64,000 bases of DNA from Desulfatiglandales bacterium (lineage in GTDB: Bacteria; Desulfobacterota; DSM-4660; Desulfatiglandales; Desulfatiglandaceae): positions 1,792,001 to 1,856,000 of the forward strand of contig OY762721.1 in assembly GCA_963666345.1 (NCBI GenBank), written 5' to 3'. The position numbers and the translations under genes are program-made. The notes beneath the pieces are model-generated. The model had not been told where the DNA came from and ran no database searches. It worked only from the letters and a program-made list of their open reading frames with translations. Shown piece after piece: positions 49,189 to 60,024 of the stretch. Position 1 is the first letter of the stretch. Each line of letters begins with the position of its first letter.

Positions 49189-50919
49189 ATGAATCGCAAC
49201 CGAACCAAACAACATGGTCATCGTCATTCCCTGGCCAGAAATATTCTTCTGACAATATTAGTTGTTTCCATTACCCCTATGGTTCTGGTCAGTGGAATTA
49301 TCCTCTATCAGTTCAATGTATCCCACCATGACAAGGTGGAGGCCCACATAAAGGAACTTGTCCAAAAGCATAAACAGAATATTGATTTTTTTCTGGAAGA
49401 GAAGCTGTCCGACATTCGCTCACTGGCAAAAACGTTCAGCTTTGAGGAACTGAGCGATGAAAGTTTTCTTGAAGACAGGTTGGCCTTATTGCAGCAACAG
49501 TATAGACATGTTTTTGTAGATGTGGGGGTAATTAACAATGCAGGGCTCCAGCTGGCCTATGCCGGTCCCTTCAAGCTGGGGAAGGCCCTTTACTCAAATG
49601 CCTCATGGTTCAAAGACGCCATGAAAAGTGAGTATGTCATAAGCGATGTCTTTTTGGGCCTGAGGGGTCTTCCACACTTTATTGTTGCCGTAAGAGACAA
49701 CTGGAATGGAGAGCCCTGGATACTCCGATCCACCATAGATTTTGTGGCCTTCAATGATCTTGTCGAAAACATCCGGATCGGGGAGACCGGATTTGCCTAT
49801 ATCCTTAATAAGGAGGGGGCATTCCAGACAAAACCGGTTCACAAAATTCTGCCGAATCCCGGCCGATATCTTGAAAAAATCTCGAAAGATGGGGAGGATA
49901 CGGCCATCCAGATTTTCGAGCAACCGGACGAAGCCGGCAAAAAAAACATCTATGCCTCTGCCGAGTTAAAGGGAGGGGACTGGATTTTAATATATCAGCA
50001 GAGGGCATCTGACGCCTATTCGGAGTTCAGAAAGGCCTTTAAACTAACTATTCTCATAAATCTGCTCGGTGGTCTCGGTATAATAATAATGGCCTATTTC
50101 CTGTCCAAACGAATGGTTAACAGGATTGACAAACTGGATAAAGAAAAGCGGATGATGAATGAGCAGGTCGTTGAAACGGGAAAGCTTGCATCTGTAGGAG
50201 AACTGGCGGCAGGTATCGCGCATGAGATCAACAACCCCGTTGCGATCATGGTTGAAGAGGCGGGATGGATAGAAGACCTTTTGGAAGATGAGGACCTTGG
50301 GAAAAGCAAAAATGTGGATGAATTCAAGAGGGCACTGGAACAGATACGTTCTCAGGGCAAAAGATGCAAGGAGATTACCCATAAACTCCTCAGTTTCGCC
50401 AGAAAAACAGACTCAAAGGTCCAGGAAGTTGACCTGAACGAGCTTATAGAAGAAATCGTCGCCCTCTCCATGCAGAGGGCCAAATACAGCAACGTTACCA
50501 TAAAAACCGACCTCCAGGAAAACCTTCCGGCCCTGCATGTATCTCAGGCGGAATTTCAGCAGGTTTTACTCAACCTGATAAATAATTCCCTCGACGCGCT
50601 GGAAAGGAAGGGAGGGATGATAGAGGTAAATTCATATACCAGAGACAACAGCGTAATAGTCGAGGTGACGGATAATGGACCGGGCATTCCAAAGGCGAAT
50701 CTTAATCGAATCTTTGATCCCTTCTTCACAACCAAACCTGTTGGAAAAGGAACCGGGCTGGGCCTATCCATCTGTTACGGTATAATCAAAAAGCTGGGTG
50801 GCGTCATAGACGTACGCAGTTCAATTGACAGGGGGACGACCTTTCTTGTCCGCTTACCCTCACCCGGGCAGGTCCAGATAGAAGATGAAAACGAACCAGG
50901 AAAGGAGATCCATTCATGA
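49189..50919 (+). CDS. Cache-domain sensor histidine kinase
   Basis: Two TMs around a Cache-like domain (VISDVFLG, IGETGFAYI), LAAGIAHEINNP, GKGTGLGL. Confidence 0.92.
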   Translation: MNRNRTKQHGHRHSLARNILLTILVVSITPMVLVSGIILYQFNVSHHDKVEAHIKELVQKHKQNIDFFLEEKLSDIRSLAKTFSFEELSDESFLEDRLALLQQQYRHVFVDVGVINNAGLQLAYAGPFKLGKALYSNASWFKDAMKSEYVISDVFLGLRGLPHFIVAVRDNWNGEPWILRSTIDFVAFNDLVENIRIGETGFAYILNKEGAFQTKPVHKILPNPGRYLEKISKDGEDTAIQIFEQPDEAGKKNIYASAELKGGDWILIYQQRASDAYSEFRKAFKLTILINLLGGLGIIIMAYFLSKRMVNRIDKLDKEKRMMNEQVVETGKLASVGELAAGIAHEINNPVAIMVEEAGWIEDLLEDEDLGKSKNVDEFKRALEQIRSQGKRCKEITHKLLSFARKTDSKVQEVDLNELIEEIVALSMQRAKYSNVTIKTDLQENLPALHVSQAEFQQVLLNLINNSLDALERKGGMIEVNSYTRDNSVIVEVTDNGPGIPKANLNRIFDPFFTTKPVGKGTGLGLSICYGIIKKLGGVIDVRSSIDRGTTFLVRLPSPGQVQIEDENEPGKEIHS

Positions 50920-51347
50920 CTTTAGCAAACGTTCTCTTAGTAGACGATGAAGTAGCTTTCGTGGAAACCATGACCAAGCGCCTGACCAAAAGAGAGCTCA
51001 ATATCATTTCAGCCTTTTCAGGTCAGGAGGCGATTGAAAAACTCCAAAAAAATCAAGCGGTAGAGGTGGTAATACTTGATGTCAAAATGCCTGGGATGCA
51101 TGGCATCGAAACCTTGAGAGAGATAAAAAGGCTCTATCCATTGATAGAAGTGATCATGTTAACGGGGCATGCCACTGTGGAATCCGCCATAGAGGGCATG
51201 AAACATGGGGCCTTTGATTATCTCATGAAGCCTTGTGACATGGATCTGCTCATAGAGAAGGTAAAAGAGGCCGCATCCAAAAAGCGGAAACATGAGGATA
51301 AAATCATTGAGGCCCGCATGAGGGAGATTACCTCCAGAAGGGGCTAG
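50916..51347 (+). CDS. single-domain response regulator
   Basis: LLVDDE, ILDVKMP, MLTGH, DYLMKP. Confidence 0.93.
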   Translation: MTLANVLLVDDEVAFVETMTKRLTKRELNIISAFSGQEAIEKLQKNQAVEVVILDVKMPGMHGIETLREIKRLYPLIEVIMLTGHATVESAIEGMKHGAFDYLMKPCDMDLLIEKVKEAASKKRKHEDKIIEARMREITSRRG

Positions 51348-51356
51348 GGGCTTAAG

Positions 51357-51794
51357 ATGCCTGACGATTCCCATCATAAAGTCGGCTCAGGGATGGAACC
51401 CGGTCATGAAGAACAAATAAGGCTTCTTCTTGTCGACGATGAAGAGGGCTATGTAAATGTCCTGTCCAACAGGCTGGTTAAAAGAAATTTCTACGTATCA
51501 AAGGCCTGCAGCGGTTCTGATGCAATCCAGATTCTCCGCAGAAACGACTTCGATGTGGCGGTTCTTGATCTGAAGATGGAAGACATGGATGGTATTGAAG
51601 TACTCAAGATTTTCAAGCGAATGGATCCCGTGATGCCGGTTATAATGCTTACAGGGCATGGATCGGAACAGGCGGCAAGAGAAGGAATCGAATTTGGGGC
51701 CTTCGACTACCTTACAAAGCCTTGTGAGCTGGAAGAACTTATTGAAAAGATCAAAGAGGCCTTTAATTACAGCCGTAACAAGGTCCATCCTTAA
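51357..51794 (+). CDS. single-domain response regulator
   Basis: LLVDDE, VLDLKM, MLTGH, DYLTKP; start codon uncertain. Confidence 0.92.
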   Translation: MPDDSHHKVGSGMEPGHEEQIRLLLVDDEEGYVNVLSNRLVKRNFYVSKACSGSDAIQILRRNDFDVAVLDLKMEDMDGIEVLKIFKRMDPVMPVIMLTGHGSEQAAREGIEFGAFDYLTKPCELEELIEKIKEAFNYSRNKVHP

Positions 51795-51968
51795 TCTCAA
51801 ACAGGAGCTTGTTTATAGAAAATATATGTCCCTGGATATCTTACGGAATGCTGTCCGATTCTCAAAATGCGCTCCTATGAATTACTGCCCATGTTGACCA
51901 CCAAGGCTAATACCACGGAAAGACTGGAAACTGACTTTTCATTTCCTGATTACTGTTGAGGAGAAAAG

Positions 51969-53549
51969 ATGTTTTTTAAATCCAAAGCCTTTCAGCTCTG
52001 CCTCGCTCTTGTGCTCGGGGTCTTGGTTATGATCGTGCCGAGACCTGAAGGAACAAAATTCAAAATCAAGGGAGATCCCTCTCAGAGGCTGTTCCAGCTT
52101 GTCAGCCGACACTTCAGCCTTGACTCCGGGGCAGGGGATTCCCAGGCATGGTACATTTTGGAAGCCGATAAACCGGGCAATGCTGAATCCACATTTGATT
52201 TTCTGGAAAAAGAGGCCGCCGCCGCCCGGATAAAAGATATCGGGATAGAATATGTAGATGGTCTTTCGCCAAAGGCCAAACGTTTTTTGGCCGTCCTCGC
52301 GGTCCTTGTGTTTCTTTTCGTGGTTGAGCCGATACCTCTTGAAATCACCGCCATCTGCATAGGCGTATTTCTTGTGCTCATGGGCATAACCGACGTCAAA
52401 ACCGCATGGGCTCCTTATATGCATCCGGTAGTTGTATTTATCATGTGCTGCCTGATCTTCGCCATATCTCTCGACAATGCGGGCCTCACCAAACGTCTGG
52501 GGTTTTTTATAATAAAAAAGGCGGGCACAAGTGTAGTAAAATTCACTTTCATACTTGCTATCGGACTGGGAATAGCCTCCTCGTTCATGCATGATGCCGC
52601 GGCCTGTGCAATAGGCATAGTTACCATGCTCCCTCTGATGCGGGCGGTAGGAATAGAACCTCATACCAATACCGCAAAGTTCATGATGCTCTCGTTACCG
52701 TTTGCCTGCTCCTGCGGGGGGATGGGTACCCTGGTGGGAGGAGGCAGATGCATGGTAGCAGCAGCCTTTTTAAAGGAATTTACCGGAATTGAGATCACCT
52801 TTTTCGAATGGATAAAATACTGTATGCCGGCGGCCCTTCTTACCGTGCCGGCCGCTGTCTCACTTGTCTACCTGGTGTTCAGACCTGATCCCAAGCTCAA
52901 GCTGCCTGAATTCGATGAAGAAAGCGGACCATGGACCGTGATGGAAAAAAAGACACTTGCCATCATAGGCATTACCTTTATACTCTGGCTCACAAAGGGA
53001 TTGCACGGGTACCATTACTCAGTGACCGGAATGCTGGGCGTTTCCGCTCTTGTCCTTTTCGGGGTTCTCAAATGGGACGACATACACTCGAATCTTGAGT
53101 GGGGGACGGCACTTTTTATTTTCGGCGGCGGCATATCACTCGGTCTCGGCATGGGTTATTCAGGGGCCGCCAACTACTTTGCAAATCTCTTTTTCCCTCT
53201 GGTGCAGGGAGGGGGGTGGCTTCTTCTCTTTGTCGGTGTGGGTATCTTCGGTGCGTTGGTCACAAATGCTATGGCGAACGTGGCAGCGGCAGCGCTTATA
53301 CTCCCGATCGTTATTCCGATGGCACAGCTGGAGGGAATTGACCCCACAGTGCTGGCATTGTGTCTGGGAACGGCGACCTCCTTTGCCATGCTTCTGGTCA
53401 TCGGATGCCCTCCCAATGCTATTTCATACAGCTACAGGTATTTCAAGGCGGCCGATCTCACAAAGGTGGGCATGGTTGCAACACCGGTACTCCTGTTTAT
53501 ACTGGTTGCTGTAGCCGGCATATGGTGGAAAATACTGGGGCTTGTCTGA
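51969..53549 (+). CDS. DASS/SLC13 family transporter
   Basis: EPIPLEIT, GLTKRL, GGMGTLVG, FFEW, FGGGISLG, FAMLLVIGCPPNAI; many TMs. Confidence 0.9.
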   Translation: MFFKSKAFQLCLALVLGVLVMIVPRPEGTKFKIKGDPSQRLFQLVSRHFSLDSGAGDSQAWYILEADKPGNAESTFDFLEKEAAAARIKDIGIEYVDGLSPKAKRFLAVLAVLVFLFVVEPIPLEITAICIGVFLVLMGITDVKTAWAPYMHPVVVFIMCCLIFAISLDNAGLTKRLGFFIIKKAGTSVVKFTFILAIGLGIASSFMHDAAACAIGIVTMLPLMRAVGIEPHTNTAKFMMLSLPFACSCGGMGTLVGGGRCMVAAAFLKEFTGIEITFFEWIKYCMPAALLTVPAAVSLVYLVFRPDPKLKLPEFDEESGPWTVMEKKTLAIIGITFILWLTKGLHGYHYSVTGMLGVSALVLFGVLKWDDIHSNLEWGTALFIFGGGISLGLGMGYSGAANYFANLFFPLVQGGGWLLLFVGVGIFGALVTNAMANVAAAALILPIVIPMAQLEGIDPTVLALCLGTATSFAMLLVIGCPPNAISYSYRYFKAADLTKVGMVATPVLLFILVAVAGIWWKILGLV

Positions 53550-53550
53550 C

Positions 53551-54747
53551 ATGTCCGGGGGCAAAATCGATATCCTGATTGTAGATGATGAGACCGCCTT
53601 TCGCAACACACTTGCAAAGAGGTTGGCCAAAAGGGGATTTTCAGTCAAAGAGGCGGGAAACGCCGAAGAATGCCTTTCGGTTATTGAGAAATTCCTGCCG
53701 GAACTGATTGTTATGGATGTGAAGATGCCCGGGTTGAGCGGGATAGAAGCCCTTGAAATAATCAAGAGGGACTACCCGGGCATTGAGATAATCCTTCTCA
53801 CCGGTCATGCCAGTACTAAAGATGGAGTAGAAGGTATCAAGGCGGGGGCCTTTGATTATCTTAGCAAACCTGTTGAACTTGACCACCTGATAGGCAAGAT
53901 TAATCAGGCCGGGGAAAAGGTTAGAAGAATCGAGGAAAAGAAAAGAGAGGCGGAATTCAGGGCAAAGATGGAACAGCAGATAATCGCTACTGAAAGGCTC
54001 GCCTCGCTCGGCACGCTTGCCAGCGGAGTAGCTCATGAGATCAACAACCCCCTGGCAATAATCGGGGAATCCGCCGGATGGATGAAATCGATACTTGAAA
54101 AGGAGGAACTCGCATCAATACCTAGAAGGTCGGATCTTGAGAACGCCCTGGGGAAGATAGAAAACGCCATTGAAAGGGCCAAAATAATAACACACCAGTT
54201 ACTCGGTATAGCAAGAAAGAACGACTCCTCATTGTCCGTCATAGACATCGCCCACCTGATCTTTGAAACAACACAGCTGCTCGAAAGGGATGCCGAAAAT
54301 CGGGATATTGAAATCATTCGGGACGTGCGATTATCAAGCCCTGAAATATGGAGCGATCCATATCAGTTGAGGCAGGTGTTCATAAATCTGATGACAAACG
54401 CAATGCATTCCATAGGTTCTTCAGGAACTATCACGCTAAGACTTGAGGACAACCGGAAGGAGGTTTTTGTAAAGGTCATTGATAACGGCACAGGCATTGC
54501 CGGGGAAAACCTGGAAAGGATATTTGAGCCCTTTTTCAGCACAAAATCTCCGGGAGAAGGAACAGGTCTTGGTCTTTATGTCACCAGGGGTATACTGGAA
54601 AAACTGGGCGGCAGGATAGACGTTGAAAGCAGCTATGGCAAGGGAGCGAGCTTTACGGTCACTCTTCCGAGAAGATATCCATCTGGCATGGAATCTAAGG
54701 TCAAAAACGACCCCGGAATGTTTGAAAAATTGTTTAATAGGGGATAA
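53551..54747 (+). CDS. receiver-histidine kinase hybrid with no sensor domain
   Basis: ILIVDDE..MDVKMP..LSKP followed by [28 protein letters not shown] 1 nt after the DASS stop. Confidence 0.92.
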   Translation: MSGGKIDILIVDDETAFRNTLAKRLAKRGFSVKEAGNAEECLSVIEKFLPELIVMDVKMPGLSGIEALEIIKRDYPGIEIILLTGHASTKDGVEGIKAGAFDYLSKPVELDHLIGKINQAGEKVRRIEEKKREAEFRAKMEQQIIATERLASLGTLASGVAHEINNPLAIIGESAGWMKSILEKEELASIPRRSDLENALGKIENAIERAKIITHQLLGIARKNDSSLSVIDIAHLIFETTQLLERDAENRDIEIIRDVRLSSPEIWSDPYQLRQVFINLMTNAMHSIGSSGTITLRLEDNRKEVFVKVIDNGTGIAGENLERIFEPFFSTKSPGEGTGLGLYVTRGILEKLGGRIDVESSYGKGASFTVTLPRRYPSGMESKVKNDPGMFEKLFNRG

Positions 54748-54859
54748 TATTACGGAGGAGACCTTAAAGGATTGGCAAATTACCCCAAGGCCCCTTTTTT
54801 TAACCTGAATCGGCGAAACACATGCTTTTAAGGATTATAAAAACAGGAGTTCCACTGAA

Positions 54860-55303
54860 ATGATCAAAATACCGACAAAGGTCCTTTTAGTTGACGATGA
54901 AAAGGATTTCGTGGAGATGCTCTCTCTGAGGCTTAAAGAGGCTGGAGAAGAGGTCTGGAATGCGTTCAGCGGAAAAGAGTGTCTTGAAAGTCTTGAAAAT
55001 CAGCGTATAGATGTGGTTATCCTGGATATAAAGATGCCCGGGATGGACGGCATGGAAACACTCAAGGAAATAAAAAAAAGACACCCCCTTGTTGAGGTCA
55101 TCATGCTCACGGGCCACGGCAGTACTGAGACGGCCGTCGAAGGCATGAAAACAGGGGCCTTTGATTATCTCCTGAAACCTGCCCGTTTTGATGATCTCAC
55201 TTCCAAGCTGGAAGGGGCCAGAAAAAGGAAAGAAGAACAGGAAGAAAGGATAAGAAAGGCGGAGGCCAAATTCCTGTCGAGAAAAAGCGGCGGAATCTTT
55301 TAA
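54860..55303 (+). CDS. single-domain response regulator
   Basis: LLVDDE, ILDIKMP, MLTGH, DYLLKP. Confidence 0.93.
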   Translation: MIKIPTKVLLVDDEKDFVEMLSLRLKEAGEEVWNAFSGKECLESLENQRIDVVILDIKMPGMDGMETLKEIKKRHPLVEVIMLTGHGSTETAVEGMKTGAFDYLLKPARFDDLTSKLEGARKRKEEQEERIRKAEAKFLSRKSGGIF

Positions 55304-55466
55304 ATAAAGGCCCGGCCCGGAGCTGGCGACGGAGCGAAGTGACTCCGCAATTTTATACGCACGTTGATTCATTATAGGCACTTCCGATCCATCACAAGGC
55401 GGCACAGCTTTTTCCCGGCCTAGCTCACGCATCCTGATGATTTATAATGGAATAGATTGCCTTGTT

Positions 55467-57407
55467 TCATATCGGAAGGGTGAAAATGAAATTTATCCAC
55501 TTGCCCTCTTCCGATTCAGCCCATACCTCGCCTCCATGCTTGCGGATAATGTCCTTGGTAATAAACAACCCCAGGCCCGTGGATCTTGACGACCCGGTTC
55601 CCGGCTGAAATCTTACAAATTTGCCGAACAGTCTGCCCAGCTGGTCTTGAGAAAGGCCCTTTCCTTCATTCCAGACCTCAAACCTGTATTGATTATCCTC
55701 TGAGGAAAAATCAAGTCTTATCCTCCCCCCTTCACGGCCGTATTTTAAGGCATTATCCAGAAAATTCTTAAAGACGATCATCAGGAGATCAGAGTCTCCA
55801 TCATATGGAATTCTTTCAGGAAGCCGGTTCTCCAGTTTGAAATCCCTTTCCTTGATCACTTGCAGAAGTTCATCCAGAACAGGGTCTACCACATCCATTC
55901 TGATATCCAAGGGGTTTTTATTCACTCTGACTTCACCTTTTTCAATACGGGCCAGATCCAGGTAATTACGTGTCATTTTTACCGCCGTATCGATGCTCCT
56001 TGAAATATTCCTAACAAGCTTGCCCTGCGTCTCATTAAGATCTCCTCCTATACCCATGTCCAGTGCCCTGGCAGAGGTATATATAACCCCGAGGGTGTTT
56101 TTCAACTCATGCGAAACAAAACCGAGCATATCCAGATAATTGGCGTTCAACTTCTGCAGCGATGCGTTTATCTCCTCCAGTTCCTGGTTTGCCGCCCTCA
56201 ACTTCTCGTCCCTGTCCCTCAGGCTGCCGGCCATGGCATTAAAGGCGAAGGTCAAATCACGGACTTCGTCGTCTGTTGAGGGCATTTCAACATTTAAGTC
56301 GAGATTGCCGGTTGCTATCCTGCCTGCGGCATCAGCCAATCTGCTCAGAGAACCTGTCAGTCTTCTTGAAAAAATTAACCCCACGGCCAGCACAAATATC
56401 GCTACGGCTATGGATAACCCCCCGTATATCCTCCACAGTTCCTGCTTCTGGTCATCGTATTTCTTGGCCAGTACCCCCACATAAAGAATACCGATCACCT
56501 TGCCTTCGATGTCATGAATCGGGTCATAGGCACTCAAATACCAGTCATTTACGACAAATGCTCGATCATACCAGTTCTGATTGTTTTCAAGCACCTTGTC
56601 ATAGACATCCGCGCTGACCCTGGTGCCTATTGCCTTGTTGCCGTTTGCAAGCGCGACATTGGTAGCGATACGGGTATCCCATTGGAAGATGGTCACAGTC
56701 CCAAGATGATGTCCCTTATACATCTTGTTTTCAAAGACTATCGACCTGATCTTATCTACCAGCGAGTGGTTGCGATTCAAAAGCACACCGGCATAAATCG
56801 ATCCGATAATCTTTCCTGTTTCATCCTCAATCGGACAGGCCGCGACAAGTGCCATGCCTGACGATTCGGATTTTTTGGCACGCAGTTTCGCCTTGGGAGT
56901 CGGCTCAAACACCATAAAGGAGCGTTCCTCCAGGTTTCCTCCTTCCGTCAAAAGCCTTTTTGAATTAAGTATTGAAAACCCACTTACGGTTTTCCCCTTT
57001 AATGCTGACCTGACAAACGGATCTGAGCAGAGATAATCTCCCGTATTGTATGGCTCCAGGGTCCGGACAATAACCTTTCCCTTATTGTCCGTGAGGGACA
57101 AAAAATCAAATCCGAACTGTCTTCTGGCAGCCTCAAGATCGGCACGATAGGCGGAAGAATCCGGGAAGGCGCAGGCGGCTTCAACCCGCTTTCCGGTACC
57201 GAGTACATTTATGAACAGATGAAGTTTATCAAGATCACCTTGAATAACGCTCCAGGCAGAGCCCAGATCAAGGCTTACGCGTCTCTGGGCCTCATTGAGG
57301 ATGTTACGGTTCATGAGCCATGCCCCGATAATACATCCCAATATACAGAAAAGCGCTATACCCAGCACAAAATTAAGGAATATCCTTTTGTGCAGCTTTA
57401 TTCGCAT
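55467..57407 (-). CDS. Cache/HAMP sensor histidine kinase
   Basis: TM-Cache (TVTIFQWDTRIATNV, AIGTR, WYLSAYDPI)-TM-HAMP, VSHELKN, NALKY, STGLGL. Confidence 0.92.
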   Translation of the reverse strand: MRIKLHKRIFLNFVLGIALFCILGCIIGAWLMNRNILNEAQRRVSLDLGSAWSVIQGDLDKLHLFINVLGTGKRVEAACAFPDSSAYRADLEAARRQFGFDFLSLTDNKGKVIVRTLEPYNTGDYLCSDPFVRSALKGKTVSGFSILNSKRLLTEGGNLEERSFMVFEPTPKAKLRAKKSESSGMALVAACPIEDETGKIIGSIYAGVLLNRNHSLVDKIRSIVFENKMYKGHHLGTVTIFQWDTRIATNVALANGNKAIGTRVSADVYDKVLENNQNWYDRAFVVNDWYLSAYDPIHDIEGKVIGILYVGVLAKKYDDQKQELWRIYGGLSIAVAIFVLAVGLIFSRRLTGSLSRLADAAGRIATGNLDLNVEMPSTDDEVRDLTFAFNAMAGSLRDRDEKLRAANQELEEINASLQKLNANYLDMLGFVSHELKNTLGVIYTSARALDMGIGGDLNETQGKLVRNISRSIDTAVKMTRNYLDLARIEKGEVRVNKNPLDIRMDVVDPVLDELLQVIKERDFKLENRLPERIPYDGDSDLLMIVFKNFLDNALKYGREGGRIRLDFSSEDNQYRFEVWNEGKGLSQDQLGRLFGKFVRFQPGTGSSRSTGLGLFITKDIIRKHGGEVWAESEEGKWINFIFTLPI

Positions 57408-57446
57408 CTATAATTCTCCTGAATATAAGGCCTGTTCCAAATAACA

Positions 57447-57483
57447 GTTTCCATCCGGAAATCGAGTAGTTCCGGATGGAAAC
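57447..57483. repeat. palindromic hairpin (ATCCGGAA family)
   Basis: GTTTCCATCCGGAA-N9-TTCCGGATGGAAAC perfect 14-bp stem without a U-tail. Confidence 0.8.
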
Positions 57484-57530
57484 CGATTAAATCCCAAGGC
57501 TGACCTGTTTCACTGTTGAACATCCTCGCC

Positions 57531-59399
57531 TCAGGGATTTATATCCTGATTCAATCCGATCTGGGCGCCCGGCATGATACAGGTAATGGAGGTGCCTTTG
57601 CCTTCTCTGCTTTCCACAGAAACGCTCCCTGACAGGCCTTCCACTATCTCCTTCACTATCACCAGGCCCAGTCCGGTTCCCTCTTCGGCTGTCTCTTTTG
57701 CATTGGTCGCCCTGAAAAACTCTGAAAAAAGATTGGACATCTCCTTCTCAGGTATTCCTATCCCGCTGTCAGATACCTCAAATCGAATAAGCCCGTTTTC
57801 ATCTTTTGCCAGGACGACGGAAATACTACCACCTGAAAGCGTGTATTTTATGGCATTTGATATAAGGTTTGTGATGAGATCGTCAACCATCCTTTCAGTA
57901 GCATTGATTTTCGGGATCGAATCATCAATCTCAAATATGATCTTCAAACCGGCATCCTTGGCCTGAGCCTTGTAAAAACCGGTAATCGGCTCAATAACCT
58001 TTAAGATATCAACAGGTTTCAGATGGATGTTCTTTTGATCCATCCGTCTCATGCCGATACTGAGGAGATCATTCACAATTTTGTTCAATATCTGTATTCG
58101 CTTCTCACACCTCTTCACGGTCCTGGTTTGATCTTCACTCATGGCTCCGAGGTAATTCTTCGACAGCAGCTCAAGCATACTGAAAATGGCATTAAGGGGT
58201 GATCGCAACTGATGAGCAGCCTTCTGAAGAAACCATGCCTTATTCACTTCACTTTTGAGATTTTCGATAGTCAAGGCGGTCAGATCGGCCATAAGAGAAA
58301 AAAACCTGATATCCTCTTCATTGAAATGATGAGAAATATCACTGTAGACACAAAATACCCCCAGCACGGATCTTTCCACACGAAGGGGCAGGCATACCAT
58401 GGAAGAGATCCCCTCTTTTCGGATATCCTCAGGATACTGGAAATAATCCTTTTCACCTATTTCACCTATGGAATAGATGGAGCCGCGGATAATTCTCCTG
58501 TTTATGGGACTCTTTTCAATATCTATTGCACCCTTTGCCAGATAATCTTCACTAAGACCGTATGTGGATGAAAACCGCAGTCTCTTTCTCCGGTCATCCA
58601 GCAGCTTTATTGAACAGGCCTTGACTCCCATTATATGTGCGGCATTTCTCGTTGCAGAATCCATCAATCCCTGCAGTTCCGTAGACATACACATGTGCTT
58701 AACCATCTCATAGAGACCGGTCAACTTCGAATTGCGGTCTTCAAGCTCCTTTGAGACATAAAGCAATTCCCTGCCCTTTTCCTTCAGGCTTAACTTTACG
58801 GAGGAAACGAGAAACACGGTGATCAGCATAGCGGCGGAAAAAACTATATAGGTAACCAGAGGACTTGGGAAATCGATGCTGTGAGGATGCAGAAAGTCAT
58901 GAAACAGAATCGGTTGAACAGGCAGAAAAGATACCTTCTGCATCAGATCAAGAAAACCTACGGCCAGTATGCATGTTACTCCATACAGGACCGCACTTAT
59001 TAGTGAAAGCAGAATTCCCGCCAGGATGACATGAAATATCACGAAAATAAGTATGGGGCTTAAAATACCGCCTGTAAAATATATTATGGAATAGAGCGCA
59101 AGAAGGTCTAAAGAAATCTGGGCGTGTGCGAAAAAATTGAAATGCCCGGTCTGCTGCGGCTTGATCAACTCCAGACGTCGCCATACAAAAAAGAAAAAGA
59201 TATTATAAAGGTATACGACACCTATTACGATTATAATGGGTGCAAAGGCTATCTGCTGCCCCAATGCCCAGGCAAAAACCACCCCTATACTGGCCAGTCC
59301 CGCGACAATCCATCTCAGGTTAATAAACCACAACAGCCTCTCCCGCAGTTCCTTGCGGAAAAACAGTTGTTCCTTGACTAACTCATACCCCAGCCTCAT
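57531..59399 (-). CDS. multi-TM GAF-domain histidine kinase
   Basis: Hydrophobic N-terminal TMs, GAF (ACSIKLLD, SMVCLPL), AAHQLRSPL, NAIKY, DSGIGI, GTGLGL. Confidence 0.92.
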   Translation of the reverse strand: MRLGYELVKEQLFFRKELRERLLWFINLRWIVAGLASIGVVFAWALGQQIAFAPIIIVIGVVYLYNIFFFFVWRRLELIKPQQTGHFNFFAHAQISLDLLALYSIIYFTGGILSPILIFVIFHVILAGILLSLISAVLYGVTCILAVGFLDLMQKVSFLPVQPILFHDFLHPHSIDFPSPLVTYIVFSAAMLITVFLVSSVKLSLKEKGRELLYVSKELEDRNSKLTGLYEMVKHMCMSTELQGLMDSATRNAAHIMGVKACSIKLLDDRRKRLRFSSTYGLSEDYLAKGAIDIEKSPINRRIIRGSIYSIGEIGEKDYFQYPEDIRKEGISSMVCLPLRVERSVLGVFCVYSDISHHFNEEDIRFFSLMADLTALTIENLKSEVNKAWFLQKAAHQLRSPLNAIFSMLELLSKNYLGAMSEDQTRTVKRCEKRIQILNKIVNDLLSIGMRRMDQKNIHLKPVDILKVIEPITGFYKAQAKDAGLKIIFEIDDSIPKINATERMVDDLITNLISNAIKYTLSGGSISVVLAKDENGLIRFEVSDSGIGIPEKEMSNLFSEFFRATNAKETAEEGTGLGLVIVKEIVEGLSGSVSVESREGKGTSITCIMPGAQIGLNQDINP

Positions 59400-59435
59400 C
59401 AGGGGATATCCTCCCCTCTCAGGAAAAGCTTAAGA

Positions 59436-59849
59436 CTAACTGCTTTTCTGATCATTAAAGATCGTTTCAACGGTGGACAGCAGGGACTCGGGATCTACCG
59501 GTTTTTCAAAAAAGTGCGTTGCGGGCCAGTTTTCTCCAAGGATATGCTGAAATTTGTCAGGACCGTCTTCGGCAACCTTTTTCAGAAAGGAGGTCATTAT
59601 AACGATCGGGATGTCCTGAAATTGAGCACTATTTTTCAATTTATAGGCAAGATCAAACCCGTCGGTATCGGTTGCCATCATGATATCAAGGAGAATAAGG
59701 TCCGGAATCTTTTCCTCGATTTTTTCAAACCCCTCGCTTCCGTTATATGCAACCCTTACATCGTAATTCTTGCTCTCAAGGATAATACTAATTGAATTCA
59801 CAAGATCTCTGTCATCCTCGATAACAAGAATGTCCTTTGTCTGACTCAT
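59436..59849 (-). CDS. single-domain response regulator
   Basis: ILVIEDD, LLDIMM, IMTS, FEKP. Confidence 0.92.
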   Translation of the reverse strand: MSQTKDILVIEDDRDLVNSISIILESKNYDVRVAYNGSEGFEKIEEKIPDLILLDIMMATDTDGFDLAYKLKNSAQFQDIPIVIMTSFLKKVAEDGPDKFQHILGENWPATHFFEKPVDPESLLSTVETIFNDQKSS

Positions 59850-60008
59850 GATTTTCTCCTTTCATTTCCCCAAGACATTCACAAACGGTCTAAAATTTCA
59901 AAGGATATAAGAACATCTCTGAAATGAAGCATATATTTTGTAGCATTATTTAAAAATATTTTCAAACAGCATATCGTAACCAAAAAACATACACACATGC
60001 CATTAATA

Positions 60009-60024
60009 AGCAAATTTTACGCCA
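60009..60024 (-). promoter_or_regulatory. sigma54 -24/-12 promoter for the RR-HK-HK operon
   Basis: Minus strand TGGCGT-AAAAT-TTGCT. Confidence 0.75.

Noticed and set aside
51939..52664. 241-aa minus-strand ORF
   Set aside because: Antisense shadow of the DASS transporter
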